A DNA stretch of 63,835 bases, the filler included, from Licmophora abbreviata (taxonomy: Eukaryota): the NCBI GenBank assembly GCA_900291995.1. It is 14 parts of 14 records of this genome, joined end to end, with 100 filler letters (N's around TTAATTAATTAA, not from the genome) between each part and the next. Parts side by side here need not be neighbours in the genome. Positions count along the whole stretch, not along the records: positions 1 to 4,560 come from OLMU01002271.1; positions 4,661 to 9,050 come from OLMU01002272.1; positions 9,151 to 24,689 come from OLMU01002274.1; 11 more parts are not named here. One strand, given 5' to 3'. Shown here piece after piece: positions 1 to 10,519 of the stretch (position 1 is the stretch's first letter; each line of letters opens with the position of its first letter). The translations under genes were made by a program, and so were the position numbers. A model generated the notes under the pieces. The model was not told the origin of the DNA. It ran no database searches and saw only the letters and a list, made by a program, of their open reading frames with translations.

Positions 1-270
1 TTTCTGCATCAGGAAGCCAAGATCCGGTGCGGTGCGCATCGCCCATGCGTCGCCCACCTTCACAAGGTTCACCCCGCGCCCCTCGTAGCGTTTGCGCAAA
101 TAGACCAACGCCTCGGCTGCGTCGCAGCCATGCGGCATGCGCGCTTCCATCTCCTTGATCGTCAAAGGCTCGGCGGTGGCGAAGAGGATCGCCTCGCACA
201 TGCGCTCCTGTTCGGCTATGGGCGGGGCGTCAAAGAGGCTTTCTTCTTTTTTATCGGTATCTTCTGCCAT
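1..270 (-). CDS. scpB: SMC-Scp complex subunit ScpB (N-terminal part; runs off window)
   Basis: Manual translation MAEDTDKKEESLFDAPPIAEQERMCEAILFATAEPL...VKVGDAWAMRTAPDL; directly downstream of scpA. Confidence 0.9.
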   Translation of the reverse strand, partial: MAEDTDKKEESLFDAPPIAEQERMCEAILFATAEPLTIKEMEARMPHGCDAAEALVYLRKRYEGRGVNLVKVGDAWAMRTAPDLGFLMQK

Positions 271-274
271 ACTC

Positions 275-1081
275 TTAATCCTTGCGCCGCACTTCGATCG
301 GCGCGAATGTGTCGGATTGCCGGATGACGATCTTGCCTTCCTTGACCAGTTCCAGGGAGGCGGCAAAGGTCGAGGCCGTGGCCGAGCGACGGCGCGCGGG
401 ATCGATGGTAAACCCCTCGGGCAGATAGGTCGAGATATCGGTCCATGTCCCCGCAAAACCGATCAGGCCGCGCATACGCTCGAGCGCCTGTTCCATGGTG
501 AAGATCGCCTCGCGGTCCATCGCGTAGGGGCGGAATTCATCCTTGGTGCGGATGCGCGCATAGCCCTGCATCAGGTCAAGGAGCGTCGCCGTATAGGTCA
601 CGCGCTTGACCCGGGTGATGTCTTCGGGGATGCCGCGGGCAAAGAAATCCCGACCCAACTGATCGCGCGCCATGAGCTTGGCCGCATGTTCGCGCATCGC
701 TTGCAGGCGTTCGAGCTGGAACGCCAGATGAGCGGCCAGTTCTTCACCGGATGGTCCCTCTTCGGTCGGATCGGGAGGCAACAGAAGGCGGGATTTGAGA
801 AAGGCGAGCCAAGCCGCCATGACAAGATAATCCGCCGCCAGTTCGATCCGGAGCTGTTTGGCGCGCTCGACAAAAGCCAGGTATTGCCGCGCGAGATCGA
901 GCACCGAGATCTTCAGCAGATCGACCTTCTGGGTCCGGCCAAGCATGAGCAGCACGTCGAGCGGACCTTCGAAGCCGTCGATATCGACGATCAGGGCTTC
1001 AGCCGCCATCCGGTCGGCCACCGGGGTCACTTGCGCCCCGCCCTGATCCTCGAAATCGTCTTCAGCCATCACCGCGTCCAT
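275..1081 (-). CDS. scpA: Segregation/condensation protein ScpA
   Basis: FEGPLDVLL and ELAADYLVMAAWLAFLKSRLLLP motifs; true start may be 1069. Confidence 0.95.
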   Translation of the reverse strand: MDAVMAEDDFEDQGGAQVTPVADRMAAEALIVDIDGFEGPLDVLLMLGRTQKVDLLKISVLDLARQYLAFVERAKQLRIELAADYLVMAAWLAFLKSRLLLPPDPTEEGPSGEELAAHLAFQLERLQAMREHAAKLMARDQLGRDFFARGIPEDITRVKRVTYTATLLDLMQGYARIRTKDEFRPYAMDREAIFTMEQALERMRGLIGFAGTWTDISTYLPEGFTIDPARRRSATASTFAASLELVKEGKIVIRQSDTFAPIEVRRKD

Positions 1082-2072
1082 TTATCAGCTGATCAAGCTT
1101 TGCCTCAAGGGCGCGAATGTCAACCTCGTCCGGTATGCGGCGGGCCTCCATCGCGCGTTCGGCACGCGCCAGCCCCGCCGGAGACAGCCAGCCCGAGACA
1201 TCGGCCACGGCGCGGCGCTCCTCAAGCGTGGCATTGCACAGCAGGACCACATCGCAGCCTGCATTGAGCGAGGCGCGCGCGATATCCGTGAGCGACCCCT
1301 TGAGCGCCTTCATCGAGATATCGTCGGTCATGACGAGCCCGTTGAATCCGATCTCGTCCCGAATGATCCGCATCATCACCGGCGAGGTGGTGGCGGGCCG
1401 GTCGTCGATCGCCGAATAGACCAAATGCGCGGTCATCCCCATGGGCAGATCGTTAAGCGACTTGAAAGGCAGAAAATCCAACTCCGAGAGTTCGCGATGC
1501 GCTGCACCGACCACAGGCAAGTCCAGATGGCTGTCGACCACCGCACGGCCATGGCCGGGGATATGTTTGAGCACCGGCAAAACGCCGCCATCCATCAGGC
1601 CATCAGCCACGGCCCGGCCCAGACGGGCCACCGTGCCGGGATCGAACCCGTAGCAGCGATTTTTCAGAAAATCATGCGTTTCGGGACCGGCAACATCCAC
1701 CAAAGGCGCGCAATTGCTGTCGATACCAAGATCGCGCAGTTCCGAGGCGATGATCCGATAGCGCAGATAAAGCGCCTCTTCGGCGTGCGGTCCGGCAACG
1801 GCGACATGCTCCAGAGGTGGCAGCCAATCGCGCCAGATGGGCGAGCGCAGGCGCTGCACGCGCCCGCCTTCCTGATCGATGGTGATCGGCGCGTCGCGGC
1901 CAACGGCATCGCGCAGCTCGGCGCAGAGGGCGCGCACCTGATCGGGCGTATCGATATTGCGTGCGAAAAGGATGAAGCCGAAAGGATCGGCATCCGCGAA
2001 AAAGCGCTTTTCCTCGGCCGTCAGACGCAGACCTTCGGCATCCAGGATGCAGGCCCCGAATGGCGTGCTCAC
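1062..2072 (-). CDS. nagZ: Beta-N-acetylhexosaminidase (GH3)
   Basis: IDQEGGRVQR, KHIPGHG, DSH motifs; GTG start at 2072 overlaps the SPOR stop. Confidence 0.93.
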   Translation of the reverse strand: MSTPFGACILDAEGLRLTAEEKRFFADADPFGFILFARNIDTPDQVRALCAELRDAVGRDAPITIDQEGGRVQRLRSPIWRDWLPPLEHVAVAGPHAEEALYLRYRIIASELRDLGIDSNCAPLVDVAGPETHDFLKNRCYGFDPGTVARLGRAVADGLMDGGVLPVLKHIPGHGRAVVDSHLDLPVVGAAHRELSELDFLPFKSLNDLPMGMTAHLVYSAIDDRPATTSPVMMRIIRDEIGFNGLVMTDDISMKALKGSLTDIARASLNAGCDVVLLCNATLEERRAVADVSGWLSPAGLARAERAMEARRIPDEVDIRALEAKLDQLINGRGDG

Positions 2073-3034
2073 CTTGTAACCACCGGAATGCACTCGGCGT
2101 TTTCGGCCACAAGTGCGGAACAGAACCGCCGCGCATCGTTGATATCGGCAAAGCCCATGGCGCGCAGGCGATAGAAGGTGCGGCCACCGCTTTGCGCCTT
2201 CTGGATCACGCGATCCTTGCCGTCGAGATATTCGCCGAAACGCCCATCGAGGCGGTCCCATTCCTTGCGGGCGATATCGGGCGAGGAAAACGCGCCCAAC
2301 TGGGCAAGGCGTGTGCCGACGGGGATATCTTCGGGCGCGATTTCACGCGGGGAGTCAGAGCCGCTTGAGATGGTCAGAGCCGCCTGCTTCACCTCACCCA
2401 GTGAGGCGGGGCGCTGCTTGGGGCGCAAGGACCGGCCAATCCCGTCCGCAGATGTCGTAACAGTTGCGGCAATCGGCTCAGGGGTGGCGGATGGTGCGGG
2501 CTCTTCGAGCGCCTGCAGCGGTGCGACACCGTCGGCCATGCGCGCAGCCAAGGCCTCGACCGCGACAAGCTGCACGGCGCGGTCCTCATCGGTCAACCGC
2601 TCGTCCATCTCGGGAGTGGGTTCGACATCGGCGACCGTCTCGGTCTCGTCGGCGGTGTCCGCAGGCGCCTGCACAAGGGCGGACAGTTCGGCTTGCGGGA
2701 TATCTTCGAGGGTCAGCTCCAGTGGTCTTGGTGCGAGGATCAGCTTGTCGGCGGGTCGCTCTGCGGTGCCTTCGGCGGCCACGGCGTTCACGGCCAGCCC
2801 CTGATGGGGGGCCTGTCGCCCACCGGGATCTTCGGGCTGCACCCGCATCGGGCCTTCGGCAGCGCGCACGACCGGCACACCGCTGACATCACGCACAAGA
2901 AGCTTGTATCCCCAGACACCGATCCCGACAACGAGCGCCAGCGATATCGCCGCGCCCGCAAAATTGGTGAGTTTCGCGATACTGTTGCCCTGCCCGGGCG
3001 CAGCGGAATGCTGCACGTCTTGCCTGTCTGCCAT
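2069..3034 (-). CDS. SPOR-domain cell division protein
   Basis: N-terminal TM helix, acidic linker, C-terminal QLGAF...YRLRAMGF...C..L...CIPV SPOR domain; argS-SPOR-nagZ synteny. Confidence 0.88.
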   Translation of the reverse strand: MADRQDVQHSAAPGQGNSIAKLTNFAGAAISLALVVGIGVWGYKLLVRDVSGVPVVRAAEGPMRVQPEDPGGRQAPHQGLAVNAVAAEGTAERPADKLILAPRPLELTLEDIPQAELSALVQAPADTADETETVADVEPTPEMDERLTDEDRAVQLVAVEALAARMADGVAPLQALEEPAPSATPEPIAATVTTSADGIGRSLRPKQRPASLGEVKQAALTISSGSDSPREIAPEDIPVGTRLAQLGAFSSPDIARKEWDRLDGRFGEYLDGKDRVIQKAQSGGRTFYRLRAMGFADINDARRFCSALVAENAECIPVVTR

Positions 3035-3113
3035 GTCTCGCCTCGTTTGCACTCCGGCGATACTTGGCCACCGGGGTTTGTCTACTGCCTGCCCCGGCGC
3101 ATATGTGCGACTT

Positions 3114-4560
3114 TTATCGCATCTCTTCTGCCGGTGTGACGCCCAGAATACCAAGACCTGCGGAAATAACAACGGTCACGGATCGGGCCAGGGCGATTTT
3201 GGACTGACTTGTTGCAGGGTTGTCCTCCTGCAGGAAACGCAAGGCGGGTTCGTCATTGCCACGGTTCCAGAGCGCGTGCAGATCCGAGGCCAGATCATAG
3301 AGATAGAAGGCCACCCGGTGCGGCTCGTGCGTGCGACCGGCAAGCTCGGCCATGCGCGGCCATTCCGCCAGCTTGCGGGCCACCGCCAGTTCGGCCTCGT
3401 GGACCAGCCCCGACAGATCCGCCTTGGCCAGTGTCGCATCCTCCACGTCGATGCCCGCCTCGCGCGCCTTGCGCAGCACCGAATTCACCCGCGCATTGGC
3501 ATATTGCACGTAGAAAACGGGGTTGTCCTTGGACTGTTCGAGCACCTTGTCGAAATCGAAATCCAGAGGGGCGTCATTCTTGCGGGTCAGCATCACGAAA
3601 CGGGTGACATCCGGGCCGACCTGATCGACGACATCGCGCAGGGTCACGAAGGTCCCTGCCCGCTTGGACATCTTGAACGGCTCGCCGTTCTTGTAGAGCT
3701 TGACGAGCTGGCACAGCTTGATGTCGAGCGGCACGCGATTGTCGCTCAGCGCGCCCACTGCCGCCTTCATCCGCTTGACATAGCCGCCATGATCGGCGCC
3801 GAAGACGTCGATCAGCTTGTCGAAGCCACGCGTGATCTTGTCATAGTGATAGGCGATATCGGGTGCGAAATAGGTCCAGCTGCCATCGGATTTCTTGACG
3901 GGCCGATCAACGTCATCGCCGTAATCGGTCGACCGGAACAGCGTCTGTTCGCGTGGTTCCCAATCCTCGGGGGTCTTGCCCTTGGGCGGTTCCAGCACGC
4001 CTTCATAGATCAGGCCGCGATCCTCGAGCGATTTGAGCGCCTTTTCGATCAGTCCCGTGCCGTAAAGCGACTTCTCCGAGAAGAACACATCCATCTCGAC
4101 GCCGAGGGATTTGAGGTCGTCGCGGATGAGGTCCATCATCCGGTCGGTGGCAAAGCTGCGCACTTCGGCCAGCCAGACGTCTTCGGGTTGATCAACATAG
4201 GCGGCCCCGACCTCGGCCTTGAGCGCCTCGCCCACTTCGATCAGATAGTCGCCGGGATAGGTGCCATCCTCGAAGGCCACAGCCTGCCCATGCGCCTCAA
4301 GATACCGCAGGTAAACCGAGCGCGCCAGAACATCGACCTGCGCGCCGCCATCGTTGATGTAGTATTCGCGGGTGACCTCGTAGCCGACGTAATCCAGAAG
4401 GCTGGCCAACGCATCGCCGAACACCGCGCCGCGCGTATGGCCGACATGCAGAGGGCCGGTCGGGTTGGCGCTGACATACTCCACGTTGACCTTCTTGCCC
4501 GCACCCATCGCGGACCGTCCGAACGCTTCGCCATCTTCCAGAGCCGCACGCACGACCGCG
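3114..4560 (-). CDS. argS: Arginine--tRNA ligase (5' end lost in gap)
   Basis: [12 protein letters not shown] (HIGH) and KMSKRAG motifs. Confidence 0.97.
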
Positions 4561-4660
4561 NNNNNNNNNNNNNNNNNNNNNNNNNNNNNNNNNNNNNNNN
4601 NNNNTTAATTAATTAANNNNNNNNNNNNNNNNNNNNNNNNNNNNNNNNNNNNNNNNNNNN
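4561..4660. other. Artificial assembly spacer (N-run, TTAATTAATTAA, N-run); 13 copies: 4561, 9051, 24690, 25941, 28156, 31603, 39997, 44482, 46005, 55205, 57091, 61055, 62597
   Basis: Identical ~100-nt design with a six-frame stop linker. Confidence 0.99.
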
Positions 4661-5167
4661 AAGGCGCAATGCGTTGCAGCAGATACCATGCACCCCCAGC
4701 TTGTCATGGAGCATGCCGGGAAGCGCGCAGAGCGCGTTGTCCAGAAGCGCACGGTCGATCCCGGCCAGCGGCGTGGGCGCGGAAAACAGCACGAGCACCC
4801 TGCCCTGCCCGGCCTTCAACCCGCGCGCCAGATCCCGCGTCAATGCGGGGATGGAGGACATGGCCGCCGCAAGACGATCCGGATGGCGCAAGGGCTGCAG
4901 ATGGATCAGGATATCGAGCGGTTCATCGGCCCAGATTTCACCGAACTGCGCGCTCAGATCGGCGCGCAGGGGATCAAGGGCCAGTGGCTCGATCCGGTCA
5001 CGCGCCAGAGTCGCCACTTCCAGTAACGTGGATTCCTCGCGGTCCATGAGCACGATCCGCGCGCCCACGCGGCCAAAACCATGCGCAAGTGCGATGCCAA
5101 CCTCACAGCCAGCGCCCGCGATCACCACGGTCTTGCCAGAAAACTCCACGCCACGCAAACAAGCCAC
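4661..5167 (-). CDS. Atypical SDR-family oxidoreductase (3' end in gap)
   Basis: GKTVVIAGAGCEVG Rossmann start, LDILI and GICCNAL elements; start uncertain. Confidence 0.7.
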
Positions 5168-5213
5168 TCACACAAGCACCACCGGCATGGGGTATCACCG
5201 CAGCGGCGGGTAA

Positions 5214-7052
5214 TCAACGCTCGGTCTGAGGTCCGTCCGTCTGATCCGGTTTTTGGGGCGCAAGCGCAAGAATACGAACACCGGAGAGTTTTTTCGGCGT
5301 CTGTTCATGCTCGATCAGGGTCAGCCCGGCGCTTTCATCATAGCTGGCCAGCAAGATGGCCTCGGGATTGCGCGCAACCCAATCCTCGAGCGTGAATTCA
5401 TCGGTCAGCTCGGTGCTGCGCACACTCCAGCCTTCGCTCATCTTCGCGGCAAGCTCGTAATAGGTCAGCCCCCCTGCGGTGATGCGCCCGCCAAGAGTGG
5501 CCGGGAGGGCGTGGCGCTTGCTGTCCTGTTTGGCGCGCTTAAGTTGGAAGACGTTCTCACGGCCGAATTCCGGCGCGAGATCGGTGGCGACAAGGGTGTT
5601 GTAGGCATCGTTGTCGCTGATCGCCATGACCTGCCCATAGCTCATGATCTCAACGCCATGTTCCGCCGCTTCGGAAAGGATATCGCCGAAAAAGACCGGC
5701 ACCCCGGCCTCGCGCGCGCTGCGCAGACGCGCACGATTGGAATCGGCGATCAGCACGGGCACGTCGCGTTCTTGCAAGGCTTTGGCAAAGGCCATGGCAA
5801 AGCGCGATCCGCCCACGAAGATCACGCCGGGAATGGCGGCCCCGGCAAGCCCAAAGGCCCGCGCCATGGGACGCAGCGAAAACCCATGCAAAACTACAGT
5901 CGCCGCCACCAGAGCGAAGGCCAAAGGCGTCAAGAGAGCCGCGTCTTCGATGCCTTCGGCAACCAGACGCTCGGCAAAAAGCCCCGCAACCGCGACCAGC
6001 ACGACCCCGCGCGGCCCGGTCAACCCCACCAGCAGCCGCTCACGCATCGGCAGCTTGGTGCCCAGAAGCGAGATCAGCACCGTCAGCGGGCGCACGATCA
6101 GGATCACGACAGCGACGAGTGCCGCCGCTTGCCAGTTCAGCAGGGCCAGTGCGTCGAATTTCATATTGGCGGCCAACAGGATGAATACGCCCGACACAAG
6201 CAGGATCGTGGCATGTTCCTTGAAACGGCGCAGCTCGGTATAGCTGGGCAGATCAGCATTCGCGATCCAGATGCCCATCACCGTGACCGCCAGCAGGCCA
6301 CTTTCATGCAGCACGGTGTCAGACACGGCGAACACCCCCAGAAGCAGGGTGAAGAGCACGGGCACTTTCATGTATTCCGGCACCCATGCGCGGCGGAAGG
6401 ATTCCGCAATCGCCCATCCAGACGCGACGCCCAGAACCGAGGCCACCACCAGACCACGGGTGATGTCCAGCACGGCGTCGCCCGCGGATTCGGCTGCTTG
6501 CAGCACCAGCACCACCTCGAAGGCGAGAACGGCGGCCAGCGCGCCGATCGGGTCGTTGACGATGGCCTCCCATTGCAGCAATTGCGCCGGACGCCGCCTG
6601 AGCCGGGCCTGACGCAAGAGCGGCGCGATCACGGTGGGGCCGGTGACGATCATGATCCCGCCGAAAACAGCCGAAGACGCCCAGCCAAGCCCCGCCACAT
6701 AATGCAGCGCCAAAGCCGACAGCAGCCAGCCAAGCGGCGCGCCGACGAAAACCAGCCGCCTCACGCCTTCTGCAGCCCCGCGCAGGCTTTGCACGCTGAG
6801 GGTCATGCCGCCTTCGAACAGGATGATGGCGACCGCGATCGAAATCAGCGGACCCATCAGCGGGCCGATATCGCGGCCTGGATCGAACAGGCCCGTCACC
6901 GGCCCGATCACCAGACCGGCCACCAGCATCAGCACGATCGCCGGAAGGCGCAGCCGCCACGCCAGCCATTGCGCACCGACGCCAAGCGCGCCGACCAGCG
7001 CAAAGCTCATGACGGGGGCCAACGCCCCGGTCGTTGCCGCATCAATCGCCAT
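5214..7052 (-). CDS. NhaP-type cation:proton antiporter with C-terminal TrkA-N domain
   Basis: Many TM helices, TGPTVI, EAIVNDP, GPRGVV motifs; RCK-like C-terminus. Confidence 0.9.
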   Translation of the reverse strand: MAIDAATTGALAPVMSFALVGALGVGAQWLAWRLRLPAIVLMLVAGLVIGPVTGLFDPGRDIGPLMGPLISIAVAIILFEGGMTLSVQSLRGAAEGVRRLVFVGAPLGWLLSALALHYVAGLGWASSAVFGGIMIVTGPTVIAPLLRQARLRRRPAQLLQWEAIVNDPIGALAAVLAFEVVLVLQAAESAGDAVLDITRGLVVASVLGVASGWAIAESFRRAWVPEYMKVPVLFTLLLGVFAVSDTVLHESGLLAVTVMGIWIANADLPSYTELRRFKEHATILLVSGVFILLAANMKFDALALLNWQAAALVAVVILIVRPLTVLISLLGTKLPMRERLLVGLTGPRGVVLVAVAGLFAERLVAEGIEDAALLTPLAFALVAATVVLHGFSLRPMARAFGLAGAAIPGVIFVGGSRFAMAFAKALQERDVPVLIADSNRARLRSAREAGVPVFFGDILSEAAEHGVEIMSYGQVMAISDNDAYNTLVATDLAPEFGRENVFQLKRAKQDSKRHALPATLGGRITAGGLTYYELAAKMSEGWSVRSTELTDEFTLEDWVARNPEAILLASYDESAGLTLIEHEQTPKKLSGVRILALAPQKPDQTDGPQTER

Positions 7053-7055
7053 GGT

Positions 7056-8234
7056 TCATGTCCCACCCCATGCTCCGGCACCACCGGGTCCGCCAAGTAG
7101 CCGGGCATGTTGCTGCAGGGCATAGCGGTCGGTCATGCCGGCGATGTAATCGCTGACCAAGCGGGCCAGCGCCACGTCGTCGGTGGCCTGTGCAACATCG
7201 TGTCGCCAGCGTTCGGGAAGATGCTCGGGCGCCGCGAGGTAGAACGGGAACAGCTCTTCGACGACGCGGGTGACCTTGGCGCGCATCTCCATGACAACGG
7301 GCGCGCGGTACATGCGGGCGAACAGAAAGGCGCGGATCTGGCGCAGATCGCGCCACATCGTGTCCGAAAAGCGGATCACCGGGCGCCCCAGATGCCGGAT
7401 ATCGGCGGCGTCGCGCGGCGCGGCTTGGGCCAGATGCCTGCGCGAGGTGTCGATCACATCGCCGACCATGACGCCGAAAACCCGCCGCAGCGCTTCGTGG
7501 CGGCGGCGATAGGGATCGAGGCCCGGATAAGCGGCATCGACCTCGGCATAGCAGGCATCGATGATGGGCAGCCCCTGAATGTCGGCCTCGGTGAAAAGGC
7601 GCGCGCGCAGCCCGTCATGCAGATCGTGATTGTTGTAGGCGATATCATCGGCGAGGGCTGCGACCTGCGCCTCGGCGCTGGCGTGGGTGTCGAGTTCGAG
7701 ATCGTGGCGCGCATTGTAATCGTGCAGCGCATAGGGCAGATCGCCGGTGACGGGGCCGTTATGCTTGGCAATGCCTTCCAGCGTATCCCACGTCAGGTTC
7801 AGCCCGTCGAATTCCGCGTAATGCCGTTCCAGCGACGTGACGATGCGCAACGCCTGGGCATTGTGATCGAACCCGCCATAGGGCTGCATCAGCGCATCGA
7901 GCGCATCCTCGCCGGTATGACCGAAAGGCGTGTGGCCCAGATCATGCGCCAGCGCCACCGCTTCGGTCAGTTCCGAATTCAGACCAAGCGCGCCCGAGAT
8001 CGTCCGCGCCACCTGTGCCACTTCGATGGAATGGGTGAGACGCGTGCGGAAATAATCTCCTTCGTGTTCCACAAACACCTGCGTCTTGTGCTTGAGACGG
8101 CGAAAAGCACTGGAATGAATAATGCGGTCGCGATCACGCTGATAACAGGAGCGGAACGCGCTTTCTTCCTCGGGCACCAGACGCCCGCGTGTGCGCGCCG
8201 GGTCCGAGGCATATGGCATTTGCATGTCGGCCAT
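7056..8234 (-). CDS. dgt: Deoxyguanosinetriphosphate triphosphohydrolase
   Basis: RDRDRIIHS, RTRLTHS, HDLGHTPFGH, DYIAGMTDRYA. Confidence 0.95.
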   Translation of the reverse strand: MADMQMPYASDPARTRGRLVPEEESAFRSCYQRDRDRIIHSSAFRRLKHKTQVFVEHEGDYFRTRLTHSIEVAQVARTISGALGLNSELTEAVALAHDLGHTPFGHTGEDALDALMQPYGGFDHNAQALRIVTSLERHYAEFDGLNLTWDTLEGIAKHNGPVTGDLPYALHDYNARHDLELDTHASAEAQVAALADDIAYNNHDLHDGLRARLFTEADIQGLPIIDACYAEVDAAYPGLDPYRRRHEALRRVFGVMVGDVIDTSRRHLAQAAPRDAADIRHLGRPVIRFSDTMWRDLRQIRAFLFARMYRAPVVMEMRAKVTRVVEELFPFYLAAPEHLPERWRHDVAQATDDVALARLVSDYIAGMTDRYALQQHARLLGGPGGAGAWGGT

Positions 8235-8302
8235 CCTTGTCGGCTTTGTCCCGTTCCCATATATTGCAAGCAACAGGATAACGGAACCGTCAGGAGACCA
8301 AG

Positions 8303-8626
8303 ATGCAATTGCCCCCGACAGTGACAGAGCGCGCTTTCTCCCGCCTTTGCGAAATAGGTGCCGGCGATGAGGGTCAAGCTCTTCGCATCGCCGTTGAAGG
8401 TGGCGGGTGTTCGGGTTTTCAGTATGACATCCGGCTGGATCAGCCCGCCGAGGACGATCTTGTTCTCGAAGGATTGGGGCAAAAGGTGGTCGTGGACAGT
8501 GTATCCCTGCCGTTTCTGGCTGGTGCCACCATCGACTTCACCGAGGAACTGATCGGCGCGCGGTTCACGATCAACAATCCAAATGCCAGTAGCTCTTGCG
8601 GCTGCGGGACGTCTTTTTCGATGTAA
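8303..8626 (+). CDS. erpA: Fe-S insertion protein ErpA (HesB/IscA family)
   Basis: GGGCSGFQY and SSCGCGTSF. Confidence 0.92.
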   Translation: MQLPPTVTERAFSRLCEIGAGDEGQALRIAVEGGGCSGFQYDIRLDQPAEDDLVLEGLGQKVVVDSVSLPFLAGATIDFTEELIGARFTINNPNASSSCGCGTSFSM

Positions 8627-8672
8627 TCATAATGGCTTGCACACGAAAGCTCATGTCGCTTTCGGCAAGCGT

Positions 8673-9050
8673 TCACTCGGCTGGGACCACGGCTTCGGGG
8701 CGTGACGCAAGGATCGGGCGCACACGCAACTGATCGCGCATCAGAATGGCGCTTGCAGCGATCATCAACCCTGCCCCCAGAAAGACCGACGCGGCTGGGG
8801 TCTCTGCGAAGAACAGAATGCCAAACAGCACCATCCACAGGAATTGCAGGTTGATGAGCGGCGTGACCACATAAGCGGGCATCACCCGCATCGCGCCCAC
8901 AAGCACCCACCGCGCCCCGAAAAGAATCACGCCATAGCTGAAGGCCCACGCCAAATCCTGCAAGGGCATGGGCTGAAACACGAAGGGCAAGGCCAGCGCC
9001 ATCACCACCATCAATGCGGCATTGGGATAGAAGATCTGCGCCAGAAGATT
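8673..9050 (-). CDS. DMT/EamA-family transporter, C-terminal part
   Basis: PLINLQFLW..LFGILFFAETP..VFLGAGLMI EamA-type end; 5' part in gap. Confidence 0.8.
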   Translation of the reverse strand, partial: NLLAQIFYPNAALMVVMALALPFVFQPMPLQDLAWAFSYGVILFGARWVLVGAMRVMPAYVVTPLINLQFLWMVLFGILFFAETPAASVFLGAGLMIAASAILMRDQLRVRPILASRPEAVVPAE

Positions 9051-9150
9051 NNNNNNNNNNNNNNNNNNNNNNNNNNNNNNNNNNNNNNNNNNNNTTAATT
9101 AATTAANNNNNNNNNNNNNNNNNNNNNNNNNNNNNNNNNNNNNNNNNNNN

Positions 9151-9258
9151 ACGCCGCAAGCCGCTGACTTGCTGGGCGACTGCCAGATCGACCGCGACAT
9201 TCGCGGCCGCGAGAAGCCGTCCGATCACGTCCCGATCTGGATTACACTCGACGCGTGA
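9151..9258 (+). CDS. xth: Exodeoxyribonuclease III, C-terminal fragment
   Basis: Manual translation TPQAADLLGDCQIDRDIRGREKPSDHVPIWITLDA* (SDH motif). Confidence 0.88.
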   Translation, partial: TPQAADLLGDCQIDRDIRGREKPSDHVPIWITLDA

Positions 9259-9270
9259 CTGTTTCCCCGT

Positions 9271-10449
9271 TCAGCCGATGTCCGGCGGGTGGGTCACGTC
9301 ATGCCCGTAGATCCAGTCGAACTGGCGCGCCATCTTTTCTGGCGCAAGTGTTCCGCCAAGCCGCATTGCCGTATGCGCGGCCCATCTCAGGGGGCCAAAG
9401 GAGAGATGATATTTCCACGCGTTTCCGTTGGCAGCGCTGACAATTCTCTGGGTCCGGTCGCGGCGGCGGGCCTGATATCGCGCCAGGCGCGCATCCAGCG
9501 TGTCCGCCCTATCCAGCTCATCTGCGAGGACCCAGGCATCTTCCAGCGCCATGCAGGCCCCTTGGGCCATGAAGGGCAAGGTGGGATGCGCGGCATCTCC
9601 CATCAGGGCGACGCCGCCGCCATGCCAGGTTTCTGCCACCGGATGACGGAACAGCCCCCATAGATGGACCTTCTCGATACGGCCCAGAAAATCTTGCACT
9701 TCGGGGCAGAAATCTCCGAACGCCGCACGCAAGGCCATGGGATCGTCTTCCTGCGACCAGCTTTCTGCGGCCCATGCCGCGCGCTCCTGAACGGCCACGA
9801 TATTGCGCTGGCGACCGTCGCGCAGCGGATAGCTGACCAGATGCCGATGCGGTCCCATGAAAACCTGTGCCTCGAGCGGGGATGCGCCATCATCCGGCAC
9901 AACCGCGCGCCATGCGATCTGCCGGGTAAAGAAGGGGGTGGCCTCCCCGTTCAGGCCCGCACGCGCGGTGGACTTCAACCCATCGGCACCAATCACCAGA
10001 TCGGCGGTGAGCGACGCACCATTTGCCAGATCGACACGCGGACGATCCCCCGGCGTGACCCCGACGACCTTCTGCAAAAGCCGCAAACGGGCACCGGCAT
10101 CGCGCGCACCATCGGCCAGAATGTCGATCAGATCGGCGCGGTGGACAAAATAATAGCCCCGCATGTCGAGCTGTGTGAGGTCGATCCGGACCACCGGCGC
10201 CCCACCATAATCGCGCAAGCTGACCGCCTGAGCCTCGAGCGCGCACGCGCTTAGCGCCGCCTCCAGACCAAGCGCGCGCAGCACGACGGCTCCATTCGGA
10301 CTGACCTGCAGCCCTGCGCCGACCTCGGTGATTTCGGGCGCCTGTTCGAGCACGGTGACATCCGCGCCCCGCAACGCCAGAGCACGCGCCACTGTCAGGC
10401 CGCCAATGCCCGCGCCTATCACCAGTATCTTCGTGTCGTGCAAACTCAT
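9271..10449 (-). CDS. FAD-dependent monooxygenase (salicylate hydroxylase-like)
   Basis: GAGIGG, IGADG, GDAAHPTLPFMAQGACMALEDA fingerprints. Confidence 0.9.
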   Translation of the reverse strand: MSLHDTKILVIGAGIGGLTVARALALRGADVTVLEQAPEITEVGAGLQVSPNGAVVLRALGLEAALSACALEAQAVSLRDYGGAPVVRIDLTQLDMRGYYFVHRADLIDILADGARDAGARLRLLQKVVGVTPGDRPRVDLANGASLTADLVIGADGLKSTARAGLNGEATPFFTRQIAWRAVVPDDGASPLEAQVFMGPHRHLVSYPLRDGRQRNIVAVQERAAWAAESWSQEDDPMALRAAFGDFCPEVQDFLGRIEKVHLWGLFRHPVAETWHGGGVALMGDAAHPTLPFMAQGACMALEDAWVLADELDRADTLDARLARYQARRRDRTQRIVSAANGNAWKYHLSFGPLRWAAHTAMRLGGTLAPEKMARQFDWIYGHDVTHPPDIG

Positions 10450-10465
10450 GGTCTTCTCTTGGAAC

Positions 10466-10495
10466 GAAAAACGCCGGAGCGAAAGCCCCGGCGTT
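10466..10495 (-). terminator. Intrinsic terminator after dksA
   Basis: AACGCCGG/CCGGCGTT hairpin followed by a T-run on the minus strand. Confidence 0.75.
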
Positions 10496-10519
10496 CATGA
10501 TTGATTGTGATCATCGGCT

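Noticed and set aside
2904..8324. Long antisense ORFs such as 2904-4616, 5253-7100 and 7107-8324 (and similar ones elsewhere)
   Set aside because: Shadow frames of well-supported genes in high-GC DNA, with no motifs
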